Made by a program: the position numbers and the translations under genes
Assembly: GCA_021108395.1 (NCBI GenBank)
Contig: JAIOQZ010000050.1
Span: forward strand, 21-64,020
DNA length: 64,000 nucleotides
Source: Candidatus Cloacimonadota bacterium
GTDB lineage: Bacteria > Cloacimonadota > Cloacimonadia > Cloacimonadales > JAIOQZ01
Direction of reading: 5' to 3'
Notes under the pieces: generated by a model
Database searches by the model: none
Seen by the model: the letters and a program-made list of their open reading frames with translations, nothing else
What the model was told of the DNA's origin: nothing
Shown: positions 15,001 to 19,621 of the stretch, piece after piece
Layout: every line of letters starts with the position of its first letter
How positions within the stretch are numbered: position 1 is the stretch's first letter

Positions 15001-15102
15001 AACCGTGGCGTCAGATGAACTTGGCGATACTGCCCAGGCCAGGATCGGTATCAGGCAGAAAATGATGAAAATGCGCGAAGACAACCGCGGAAGCTGCTTC
15101 AT
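1..15102 (-). CDS. Giant secreted repeat adhesin (signal peptide, then dozens of cadherin-like / dystroglycan-type putative-Ig (He_PIG-like) and bacterial cadherin-like domains, then FN3-like and jelly-roll-like modules). The 5' end is complete; the 3' end runs off the window at position 1
   Basis: ATG at 15102-15100 is preceded by a GGAGAT SD. Hand translation gives MKQLPRLSSRIFIIFCLIPILAWA..., then repeated ~97-aa units such as NDPPIVANPIPDQATPEDAPWAFTFAVDTFFDPDIGDILSYTAQLQNGSPLPAWLSFNADTRTFSGTPGTYDVG. I translated 15102 to ~12500 and 3540 to 1 without meeting a stop. None of the listed minus-strand ORFs in 1-15100 is in this frame (all have end mod 3 = 1 or 2), which fits one frame open to the window edge. 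Confidence 0.85.
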   Translation of the reverse strand, partial: MKQLPRLSSRIFIIFCLIPILAWAVSPSSSDATVETFMDVTYTFAAGDFPFSDGDGDTFASVTILTLESAGDLEFNGADVVAPLTIPVASIDLLTFAPDPGASGLGWASFDFEVTDSNAETSSTHTMSIDVITNHDPKLFVDGNEVNDTIALPLAVYEDGSYQFGTDHVLTVSDEDIVDPTDPTYPIIVNIMATKGILDIPGISRFVAGDGTSNVTIVTTIEECNTFLFDIQYIPNPDAVGSETLTFRLNDQGNIGIGGGGDVFRYITFDILPINDAPILDTSVPYNLAIINEDDTTNVGNTIDEFVADGTIYDPDGPAVKSIAVVELNTLNGLWEYSIDDGASWTVISTQVDEVVDISDNALLLDGVDAANVSRIRFVPSLNYVGHAYFSFRAWDMSDITQHSGDRVDINAYGTGGGTPFSTGVGGASIRIAAVNDEPVFSYKSDIIEDWLFVPLQVDANRDYAFTAADSLVVSDPDVGDLQLILNLHVSKGILDFGSRQSRFISGDGTDNVVIVTQLDEMNSYLANFQYISNPDANGLETMTIIMNDQGNTGQGDGVDVTRTLFFALTNDPPVFTSVPADSINEDNNYVYNVVAVDDTVNFGLTLSASTLPAWLTLTDNGDGTGVLEGFADNSNVGPNPVVLLVEDGVADPVEQAFSIEVINLNDPPIVANPIPDQATPEDAPWAFTFAVDTFFDPDIGDILSYTAQLQNGSPLPAWLSFNADTRTFSGTPGTYDVGDHLLAVTAYDLDGENVTDAFTLTVDNTPDPPFVNIPIADTLHEENQLFDWAFPADTFIDPDPGDILTYTAQMQNGDPLASWLNFDGPNRRFTGTPIAAEIGKYYIRVIATDPIGLQTDDVFLLWVTWHNTPPFVVNPIADTNTLEDSPFSYTHAADVFDDHNIVYGDTLSYTAELADDSPLPAWLSYVGNTRTFSGTPLNEDVGVWQVKVTAHDVYDVTVADTFALEVINVNDPPYLANGVHDQNAVEDQFFSYTFPDSTFGDPDVGDILTYTATLADGSPLPGWLDLDSPTRTFAGTPYNNDVGDWLVRLVATDIAGVSVPDTFAIAVENTNDTPFVVNPIPDHTTLEDAAYSFTFVANTFGDSDLVYGDHLSYSALLDDSSPLPAWLSFNGQTRTFSGVSRNEDVGLYSIAVTATDLAAETVSDVFILEVVNTNDAPEVAVPIPDQLAREDNAFDFVFSDSAFVDPDIGDYLTYSANEAGSLALPAWLNFNPAQRRFSGTPDNTHIGYYSIEVTATDNLGESTFDAFIIEVRYLNIAPVVAQAIPDQQADEDAAWSFTFDIGTFTDANIVQGDSLLYTAALADGNALPAWLGYDGQGRTFTGTPTNTDVGAYDIRVTATDRDAASADDVFILNVNNLNDAPYLVNPLSDQTIFEGNPYDYQVPSDTFDDPDLIHGDQLAYSADLDDGSPLPAWLSFDVADRRFTATPTNSDLGDFFIRVTATDDSLASANDVFRLRVSNEPNNPYFVSNPDTSATEDVLWEYHIITNDLDPNSTAILGATLIPSWTTLIDSGNGNGLLYGTPTNDEVGSHPVELFVDDGVRLMGTQNFTIVVANANDAPIVNIPIPDQHVEQDQSLGYNFPPDTFSDIDVGDVLSYSAELNGGSALPPWIVFWGTQRLFVFTPSASEVGTWLIDVTATDLAGGAVTDTFALLVTSVVNQAPYFTSAPVTTALEDELYVYNVTAEDDSINFGLTLAASTLPAWLSFTDNGDGTGLLTGTPTNTEVGDHNVVLTADDDIFTPLTEQAFTISVGNVNSLPYVANPIPDHTTFEDASYAFTFDADTFADPDIGDVFTYTASQSDGSPLPAWLFFNAIPRTFSGIPHNADVGVYSLRVTATDQGNASVFDDFQLEVINLNDDPYLVTPIPDQPAVVDLAFAYTIPAGTFDDPDLIHGDDLFYSATQPGGGDLPAWLSFDDGTQAFNGTPAAGDVGTQQVLVSAADTFGVTATDTFAIEVFPTNAPPVFDSTPAIIATEGALYSYAIVTSDDGIDMGGLALAAPTLPTWLTLIDNGNGTGTLAGTPANDDVGLHAVELTVSDGIAAPVTQSFSIDVANVNSPPVVANPIPDQQAWEDLAYSFTFDANTFTDPDVGDVLTYSAQQSGGSPLPGWLSFDDVLRTFSGMPANADVGVYTIEVTATDIAGADVSDFFLLDVQNAPDAPFFTSTPVEVGTEDTPYIYNITTDDADTGATLNISAPTLPLWLTLTDNGDGTAQLAGTPLNDAVGANAVALTVDDGVRLTDTQSFSIDVANTNDAPYINLPLADQFVMYDTIVSYIFDAASFLDMDIGDVLSYGATMTDGSPLEAWIAFDNVTREFIFTPVLADLGIYSVRVTATDLSTTSVFDDFLVRVSDVANTAPWFTSAPITVAIENQPYSYNVTTDDDAINFGLTIDSTALPAWLTLTDNGNGTALLSGTPLNTDTGNNSVTLTVWDNIPGTPPTEQSFVIFVANVNDAPFFTSTPITDATQDIAYTYSIAVTDDGMQVGGLVISATTQPLWLNFIDNGDGTALLDGTPSNAEVGAHSVVLDVSDGIAAPVPQSFTINVANVNDAPFVAIPLADTTATQDTAFSYVLPAGAFDDIDLAWGDSFTLTAAHTDGSPLPGWLSFDGAGFSGVPLNADIGGYDIRVTATDLAGASADDDFLLTVVNVNDAPYLVNPLPDHSTWAATPYNFVIPPNTFADPDVGDTLSFKANLSDGTLLPAWLEFNAALRMFSGVPDTTDAGIYNIEVTVADTAYAEASDVFQLTVRAEQNPPVVANPIPDQDAYEDVLFDYVFPDSTFVDPDPEDQLAYSARQADGNPLPDWLTFTPTQRRFTCTPTVDEVGSYTILVTATDNFSNIGQDEFVLTVHHSNDLPVFTTTPDTMATQDMPYSYAPAAEDIDVGDSMTLTVPTLPTWLSFVDNGDGTGLLSGAPANADVGDNLVVIAATDSSGVPSNQEFTIVVANLNDPPHVAVPLVDQSTLADSLWNWAFPIDTFDDIDLPWGDNLTYTAALSNGDPLPGWLSFDGLTRTFSGTATNIDVGIDEIEVTATDDSLAAVSDVFLLEVIATQDSPYFVSIPDTSATQDILWSYNVVAEDMNPTDSLTLTATTLPAWLTFIDYTDGTGLLDGTPSNAEVGAHSVVLEVSDGIAAPVLQSFTIDVANVNDAPFVVIPLGDQIAYSDHLWDYTIPAGSFDDIDLIWGDVLAYTAQQSDGSPLPAWFSFGVEAPTTFYGVPTEAEIGGLWDIEVTVTDLAGAFASDTFTLTVDGNVPPVFTSVPVTSVNQDEAYAYHITTYDPDSAQTMVLLVLDIPSWLTLADSGNGNGLLYGTPANADVGDHAVELWVDDGVRRRDAVMQVFDITVANMNDAPYVALPIPDQYTVANDAYSYTIDAGVFIDIDVGDVLTYSAEQSDGSPLPGWLGFDDVARVFSGTPANGDAGSYDLRVTATDIAGATGDDVFTLLVGLGPNVAPLFTSTPALTATEGAPYSYAVTTSDDGIDMGGLVLGSPILPGWLMLTDNGDGTGTLSGTPSNDDVGDNAVELTVSDGIATPVTQGFTITVIDLQSAPYVVTPIPNQSVVVGDAYLYAFPEDTFADDDPGDVLTYAAEQSDGNPLPAWLGFDGLSRTFSGTAALPDVAEFDIRVIATDTATNTANTVFTMQVFSDNIAPSFVSTPVITVTEGDAYLYEVETTDDNNNWNGLVLAAPTLPGWLALTDNGDGAGSLSGNPTNADVGDHAVELTVSDGIAAPVPQNFTITVIDASEPPVVLNPINDQYVYQDDLLDFQFAEDTFFDPDPGDTLSYTAVLWDHQPLPSWLGFTAAERRFTGTPLNADVGRWIVRVEATDLIGNMVYTTFDIVVWNVNDAPTIDLPASFDFAEDTVLVEDFTAYIGDIDPDDALTLSAVGNTDIIVDIVGFVVTFNAPADWNGSETITFTVDDNVTRATATDSTVVSVTFVNDAPYVAIPLADTTAMQDIAFSYILPAGAFDDADLIYGDVLILTAALADGNPLPGWLSFDGAEFSGVPLNADIGVFDTRVTATDLAGDSVYDDFQLTVDNVNDAPTIDLPASFDFAEDTVLAEDFAPYIGDIDPGDVLTLSAVGNTDIIVDIVGFVVTFSAPADWNGSETITFTIDDNVTRATATDSTVVSVTFVNDAPYLAIPLADSTATEDIAYSYILPAGAFDDADLIYGDVLALTAEQVDGNPLPGWLSFDGAEFSGVPLNDDVGSYDIRVTATDLAGDSVYDDFLLTVDNVNDPPTIDLPESFAFAEDTVLVEDFTAYIDDIDPGDVLTLSGGNADIIVDITGFVVTFSAPVDWNGIETITFTVDDNVTRATDSDSTVVSVTFVNDAPYVANPIDPITFDEDTVYSGLDLNNVFDDVDLIYGDVLAFTYSGATNIAVSIDAGIVTLTPDADWFGTETITFTATDNAGVSIDEAVLVTVEDVNDAPTITLPAGFSFDEDADLEVDFSQYITDLEQAYTEMTLTAVGQTEIDVAISGMDVTFTATENWNGEETITFTIDDNQGGRNTVNMRTNRLTASDFTDVGVTFVNDAPFVANGLTDIVMPENTSDNSIDLNVVFGDVDLIYGDELAFTVAGDVNIDVSIVAGVVTLTPDFNWYGTESLTFTATDNAGEIAVDDVVVEVFNVIDIPVIDAIADTMLFAVDSLYTWPVTGYFFPLANFTLTEAPDGMTVIATSDTTGLIEWTPTGDQAGVIDVTVRAENAEGFDEVSFVITLVNQNEMPVMSGCMYPLQPSEPMSMEWVAPANTPWLIGFKLYHSNNHFTGYVEIAEFGVGGTYAYTHEAAVVGQKNFYKMTAMLAADDWSGESDFSPVHIMYPVPHDEFFLLYDDGTAEEGYNADEAGVQFNAPERYIPETVVIKLAIYLWEKADDPLDVYIYSDADPVPGNIEVSDLSYPANELAEGWNFLDIPVSAQPIIMGGTFFVSVNAPAGSHMIGLDTSSTDAEQSWGDLGGGFAPVGGNLMIRAVIATGLPRIAVDTASFNFGDVFAGETSAIESFIVSNVGNTDLDITSLTAPDGFEV
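2020..3540. repeat. Intragenic tandem repeat, period ~585 bp (about 2.6 copies, two protein domains per unit), very high nucleotide identity between copies
   Basis: Shadow ORFs at 2024, 2606 and 3191 are spaced 582/585 nt apart with near-identical peptides. For example, 2651-2700 and 3236-3285 are identical (ggcgcgtcgttcacgaatgtcacgctcacgacggtgctgtcggtggcggt). Confidence 0.7.
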
Positions 15103-15460
15103 AACTTTATCTCCTTGATCGTTTAGTCAGGGTCGAATGCATAGTTCTCTCTCAATATAGGTAAGAATATATGTGTCGAGCGACTTTGTCAATACAATTT
15201 CAGTTTTTTAACAAAGAAAAGAATGGGAATGCTGACGGGACTGTTACTCGATATTTTCAGACGCAGCGTTCGCGCAAGTAATAGCCTGCTGTAACGAGAC
15301 TTACGAAATCCAGCCCGAAGAGCCCGCCTTGAAGTTTCTTCCTGACATATCTCCCGCGAATGACTTCGCCGACATTTGAACCCACAACCATCGAAGGGGC
15401 AAACGCAAAATTGTCTTGCCCGATTCCGGCAGTTCTCTATTGCTTCCGCAAGGAGAATTC

Positions 15461-16753
15461 ATGCCCAAGTATCTTCTCATCGAGCTTCTAATCGTCCTGG
15501 CAATCCTGATGGCCGGAACAGCCCTGTTTCGCCTGACCGACCTCGACATCAGCATCGAGAGCGCCTTTTACCGTCCCGGCGACCAGCCCGACAGCGGCTG
15601 GTTTCTGGCCGAGAAACAACCCTGGAACGCCATGTACCATGCCGGCAACTTCCCGGCCATGCTGCTTGCAGGCGCCTCACTGATAATTCTGGCGCTCGGC
15701 TTTCAATACCGCAGGTGGCTGCCCTGGCGCAAGGCCACCCTGTTCCTGGCGCTCGTCATGCTCATCGGGCCTGGGCTCATCGTCAACATGGTGTTCAAAG
15801 ACCACTGGGGGCGCCCGCGCCCGCGCAATATCACCCAGTTCGAGGGTGACAGCCAGTTTGAACCCGTCTGGGACAGAGGCATCGCTGGAAAGGGCAAGTC
15901 TTTCCCCTCCGGTCACGCCAGCATGGCTTTCTATCTCATCACCCCCTGGTTTCTGCTGAGGCGAAAGCGAAAGCTGCTGGCGGCGACCGTGCTTCTCGCC
16001 GGGCTGGCATATGGCCTGCTAATGGGCATCACACGCATGGTCCAGGGGGGGCACTTCCCCTCCGACGTCCTGTGGTCGGCAGGGTTCATCTACCTCACGG
16101 GGCTCCTGCTTTACTATGCACTGGGGCTGCACCGCTCCCTCGCATACACCCCCGCGACAATGAAGCGGCGGCGCTGGGCGCTGTGGGCAGCCGGCCCTGT
16201 TCTAGTTTTGCTGGCGCTCTTTGTACTGCTGGGAACGCCATATTATCGCGCCAAAAAGCGACGCTTGAGCCAGCCCCTGCCAGAGCGCGTCCAGCGCTTC
16301 GACATCAGCGTTCCACTGGGGGATGTCGTGCTCGTGTCCGCCGACAACCTGCTCGTTCGCTGGGAGGCGCGTGGATTTGGGATACCCGAGTCGTCCATGC
16401 GCGACGAACTGCGCGCAGACACAACAGGAACGGTCGTTAGCATTCGCTTCGAGCAGCGCGTCAAGGGAGTGTTCTCGGAGCTGCAGAACAACGTGGTCAT
16501 CGCAACGCCGTTTGCGCGTTTCGATACTTTGCGCATCACCGCCGAGCAGGGCGACATCGTGCTGCCAAGCTCGTTCAGCAAAGCTATCGAGTTACTGCTG
16601 CTGCCTCCCGTTGATGGCCTCGAACGAATTGGTTCGGGATTGGAAAGCGAATTGCATAACAGCAGGACAGTTGTCATTGTATGGTCAGCGCCAAAGGGAA
16701 CTCTGCGCTTCGCGCTCCCTGAATCCGTGCTTGAAGGAAAATCAGATGAGTAA
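15461..16753 (+). CDS. PAP2-superfamily phosphatase (lipid phosphatase-like) with a ~190-aa C-terminal extension of unknown function
   Basis: PAP2 motifs KDHWGRPRP, PSGHAS and TRMVQGGHFPSD, plus several TM helices. AGGAG SD lies 5 nt before the ATG at 15461, so the ORF-track start at 15416 is less likely. Confidence 0.8.
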   Translation: MPKYLLIELLIVLAILMAGTALFRLTDLDISIESAFYRPGDQPDSGWFLAEKQPWNAMYHAGNFPAMLLAGASLIILALGFQYRRWLPWRKATLFLALVMLIGPGLIVNMVFKDHWGRPRPRNITQFEGDSQFEPVWDRGIAGKGKSFPSGHASMAFYLITPWFLLRRKRKLLAATVLLAGLAYGLLMGITRMVQGGHFPSDVLWSAGFIYLTGLLLYYALGLHRSLAYTPATMKRRRWALWAAGPVLVLLALFVLLGTPYYRAKKRRLSQPLPERVQRFDISVPLGDVVLVSADNLLVRWEARGFGIPESSMRDELRADTTGTVVSIRFEQRVKGVFSELQNNVVIATPFARFDTLRITAEQGDIVLPSSFSKAIELLLLPPVDGLERIGSGLESELHNSRTVVIVWSAPKGTLRFALPESVLEGKSDE

Positions 16754-17192
16754 TCCTGAGATTATCCCGGCCGACAAGGCCTATCGCACCAAGATGTTCA
16801 TCATTTTCGCCGTATTGATGCTGGCGGTTCTGGCGCTCGCGCAGTGGGGAATGCCACAGATCATGAGCCGCATCGAAAGCGCCCTCGATAGCGGTGACGA
16901 CATCCTTTTCATGCGCTACATACGCGGCATAGAAGCAGGTCTGGCCCTGCTGTTCCTCGGTTTCATCCCGTTTTGCATCTATAACGTCCGTATGGGGCTG
17001 AGCGTTCGCAAAGAGCAGCGGTTTCCTTCTTCGCTCATGCGTGTACTGCGCGATACCACTGTTATCACGGGGGATGCCGCAGAGCGCCGCGGCAGGTTCC
17101 TGGTCGGCATGGGCATCGTGCTGATGGTGGTGAGCCTGGGGAGCGCCGCCTTCGCCGTCATTTCAATCGAGACCGTACTGACCGGAGGTTGA
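16746..17192 (+). CDS. Small integral membrane protein (3 predicted TM helices), translationally overlapped with the PAP2 gene
   Basis: The ATG at 16746 overlaps the PAP2 stop by 8 nt. Hydrophobic segments include MFIIFAVLMLAVLALA, AGLALLFLGFIPFCIY and VGMGIVLMVVSLGSAAFAVI. The upstream part of ORF 16323..17192 is an alternative frame of the PAP2 gene. Confidence 0.55.
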   Translation: MSNPEIIPADKAYRTKMFIIFAVLMLAVLALAQWGMPQIMSRIESALDSGDDILFMRYIRGIEAGLALLFLGFIPFCIYNVRMGLSVRKEQRFPSSLMRVLRDTTVITGDAAERRGRFLVGMGIVLMVVSLGSAAFAVISIETVLTGG

Positions 17193-17246
17193 ACACGCCC
17201 GCCAGGGTAAGCACAACGAAACTGCTGCTATTGAAGCGGCAGCCTG

Positions 17247-18170
17247 TCAGCGCACCTTCTTCGCTATCACGAGCATTTCGTCGCCGATATGGAGTTTCGA
17301 GAGAAGCGTATATAGGAGATTGTGAACGAACACGAAGAGCTTCAGCTTCCAGGGCGCTTTCGATGTCACCTTGTTGAAAAACTGCTGTCTCTCGGCTGGT
17401 GAAATATATGACCTGAGTTTTTTCTTTTGCAGTAAGGGCAGCACAAAATACATCAGATAGACTTTCATCTCAAGCGAAGAGAGAATTGATTTCACCCTGA
17501 ATCCGTTTTGCTCCAATATCCTGGTGATAGTTGGTTTGGAGAAATAATTGACGTGATCCAGACCCATCCCAATCCACTTATCATCAAACAGTCGGGCAAG
17601 CAGGCTGTCTATCTGAGGGACATGGATGAAGATGTATCCATTGGGATTGAGAATACGGCGGCATTTTTTCAGGATTTCATCGGCGTTGTCCATGTGCTCC
17701 AGCACATCCCACATGGTGATGATATCATACTTTTCAGTTTCGTCCATCTCCATGAAATCGATATTGAGCGCCGGCAGTTCCAATACCTCGGTTGAATACT
17801 GATAGCCGGTCTCTGAGAGCTCAACCCCTTTTACCTTGTATCCGAGCTGCTTGCCGGTCAAAAGAAAGTGCCCCCATCCTGAGCCGATGTCCAATATGCT
17901 CCCATGCTTCTTGTATTTTCTTATTGCCTTGAATTTCAATAGGTTGCGTTGGATTTTCAGCCATTCGTTTCCCTTTTGCACTTCTTTGTAAACCGCATTG
18001 CTTTTATATTTTCGATATTCGATTTTCTCGCGATAGTACGGCGGAATGAAATTGAATCCGCAAATACCGCATTCCACAACAACACACTGTTCCAGAAAGT
18101 ACTTGATATTCATTTTCGCAGTGTCATCGTTGCCACAAACAATACATCTCGCTTCTTTCAGACCATCCAT
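17247..18170 (-). CDS. Class I SAM-dependent methyltransferase with an N-terminal CxxC...CxxC zinc ribbon; sits in an AT-richer islet
   Basis: Motif I ILDIGSGWG, post-I acidic VKGVELS, DIITMWDVLEH. N-terminus has CIVCG...CGICG. Codon usage is visibly AT-rich compared with the neighbours. Confidence 0.8.
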   Translation of the reverse strand: MDGLKEARCIVCGNDDTAKMNIKYFLEQCVVVECGICGFNFIPPYYREKIEYRKYKSNAVYKEVQKGNEWLKIQRNLLKFKAIRKYKKHGSILDIGSGWGHFLLTGKQLGYKVKGVELSETGYQYSTEVLELPALNIDFMEMDETEKYDIITMWDVLEHMDNADEILKKCRRILNPNGYIFIHVPQIDSLLARLFDDKWIGMGLDHVNYFSKPTITRILEQNGFRVKSILSSLEMKVYLMYFVLPLLQKKKLRSYISPAERQQFFNKVTSKAPWKLKLFVFVHNLLYTLLSKLHIGDEMLVIAKKVR

Positions 18171-18214
18171 GATACATCCTCAGATAATTTCTGCAATAAA
18201 CCTTTTGTTGCTGC

Positions 18215-18289
18215 CTGAAGTCAAGAATAAAGAACAACGGGTGGGGGTATGCCCTATGCCGCACGCTTCTTTATTCTTGACAACTTCAG
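18215..18289. promoter_or_regulatory. Long inverted repeat upstream of the methyltransferase start (15 bp perfect plus 5 bp after a 3-nt bulge, 32-nt loop); the right arm contains TTGACA
   Basis: CTGAAGTCAAGAATAAAGAA (18215-18234) pairs with TTCTTTATTCTTGACAACTTCAG (18267-18289). Confidence 0.35.
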
Positions 18290-18466
18290 ACTTTTCATTC
18301 AGGGTTGGCATATCATCATTCAAGGAGGTTTTCGATGCAGTACAAAACACTATCAGGAGTACGCCCGTAACTGAGACGGAGCACTGCGAACCCTCTTGAA
18401 TCCGCACTGATGCGGTGACACCGCCAGGGAGCGGCCTATCGGTCGTTCCTCACACTTTTGGTTCCA

Positions 18467-18545
18467 GGGATCGGTCTCACAGACCGGTCCCTTTCTCTTT
18501 ATTTCCAGGGACTGGTCACTTCGACCGGTCCCTTTTGCTTTTTCT
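18467..18545 (+). terminator. Two tandem intrinsic-terminator-like hairpins (duplicated element), each followed by a T-rich tract, upstream of the RIO kinase gene
   Basis: GGGATCGGTCTcacAGACCGGTCCC followed by TTTCTCTTTATTT (18467-18503). GGGACTGGTCacttcGACCGGTCCC followed by TTTTGCTTTTTCTGTT (18508-18548). A third half-copy GGGATCGGTCACCAGGGA lies at 18553-18570. Confidence 0.45.
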
Positions 18546-18617
18546 GTTCTGTGGGATCGGTCACCAGGGAGCATCCGCTCCGCTTAGACAATAACCCTGA
18601 ACAAGGAGCAAAGTTCT

Positions 18618-19394
18618 GTGTCCAACGACAATATCATGAAGACCGACCTGACGCGTTACCGCGAATCATGTGAGGATTTCGTTGACGAGCACATCGTCAG
18701 CGAGGTGCTGCGGGTGGTCAAGAAAGGCAAGGAAGCTGTGGTCGTGTGCTGCGAGGCGCATGCCGACATGCCCTGTGATTACATCGCCATGAAACTCTAC
18801 CGCGAGCGCCGGTTTCGCAACTTCCGGCGCGATAACATCTACCATGAAGGCCGTATCTGGGATGCCCGCCTGCTGCGCGCCGCCGCCGCCAACACGCAGA
18901 TCGGGCTCAAGGTTGGCCGCTCCGTATGGGTCGGCGCCGAGTACGATGCGCTCTGCAAGCTGTTCGAGGCGGGAATGGCCGTGCCGGAGCCGTTTGCCTG
19001 CACTGACGACGCCGTGGCCATGCAGTTCATCGGCGAGGGCGACGTGCCCGCCCCATTGCTCAAGGACATCCGGTTCGAGTCACCCAAACAGGCGCATGCC
19101 TGCTTCGACGCGCTCATCGACGCCATCGAAACGATGCTGCGACGCCACATCGTCCACAGCGATCTCTCGCCGTTCAACATTCTCTACCATGACCAGCGCC
19201 CCTGGATCATCGACTTCCCGCAGAACGTCGATCCGGCGGTGAACCCAAACGCCTGGGAGCTCTTTCGCCGCGACATTGACCACGTTCTACGCTTCTTCGA
19301 GCGCTATGGCATCAGCCAGGATGTCGATAATCTCGCCATATCGCTGTGGGAGCCGCTGTTCGGGCCGGTCCAGCAGGGGCTGTTGGCCAGGTAA
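18618..19394 (+). CDS. RIO-type atypical serine protein kinase
   Basis: RIO-like layout: VVKKGKEAVVV, catalytic-loop-like IVHSDLSPFNIL, metal-binding IIDFPQ. GTG start at 18618 with AAGGAG 9 nt upstream; the ATG at 18636 is an alternative. Confidence 0.8.
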   Translation: MSNDNIMKTDLTRYRESCEDFVDEHIVSEVLRVVKKGKEAVVVCCEAHADMPCDYIAMKLYRERRFRNFRRDNIYHEGRIWDARLLRAAAANTQIGLKVGRSVWVGAEYDALCKLFEAGMAVPEPFACTDDAVAMQFIGEGDVPAPLLKDIRFESPKQAHACFDALIDAIETMLRRHIVHSDLSPFNILYHDQRPWIIDFPQNVDPAVNPNAWELFRRDIDHVLRFFERYGISQDVDNLAISLWEPLFGPVQQGLLAR

Positions 19395-19411
19395 CGCCTC
19401 CCGGCGTTACC
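19390..19411 (+). terminator. Perfect 9-bp hairpin overlapping the RIO kinase stop codon (no T tract)
   Basis: GGTAACGCC tccc GGCGTTACC. Confidence 0.35.
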
Positions 19412-19621
19412 ATCGAACGAAAGCTTTGCCACGAAGTGGCATGGCGAAAGTGGAGTAAAACACCGCGAGGTGGCCGGGTGGGGTGCGGCATCAGGCTCGA
19501 CGAAACGGCCATGCGGAATACCCTCGCAAAGATGATTGATTCCAGCGTTTGCATAAACATGTTGACAGCCACTGTCAAATATGGCCTCATTAATAATCAA
19601 ATCTGGAAAAGGAGAAAATAA

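Noticed and set aside
16323-16745. N-terminal 141 aa of ORF 16323..17192, and the upstream extensions of ORFs 15416, 20506, 23529..25088, 28411, 45135..46544, 46273..47031, 50154 and 54109
   Set aside because: These extensions overlap upstream genes or terminators and lack an SD. Internal starts with good SDs give canonical N-termini (signal peptides or REC domains).
19562-19578. Palindrome TTGACAGccaCTGTCAA upstream of mscS considered as a promoter -35 element or operator
   Set aside because: No acceptable -10 hexamer lies at 16-19 bp spacing. The palindrome is real, but a functional call is unsupported.
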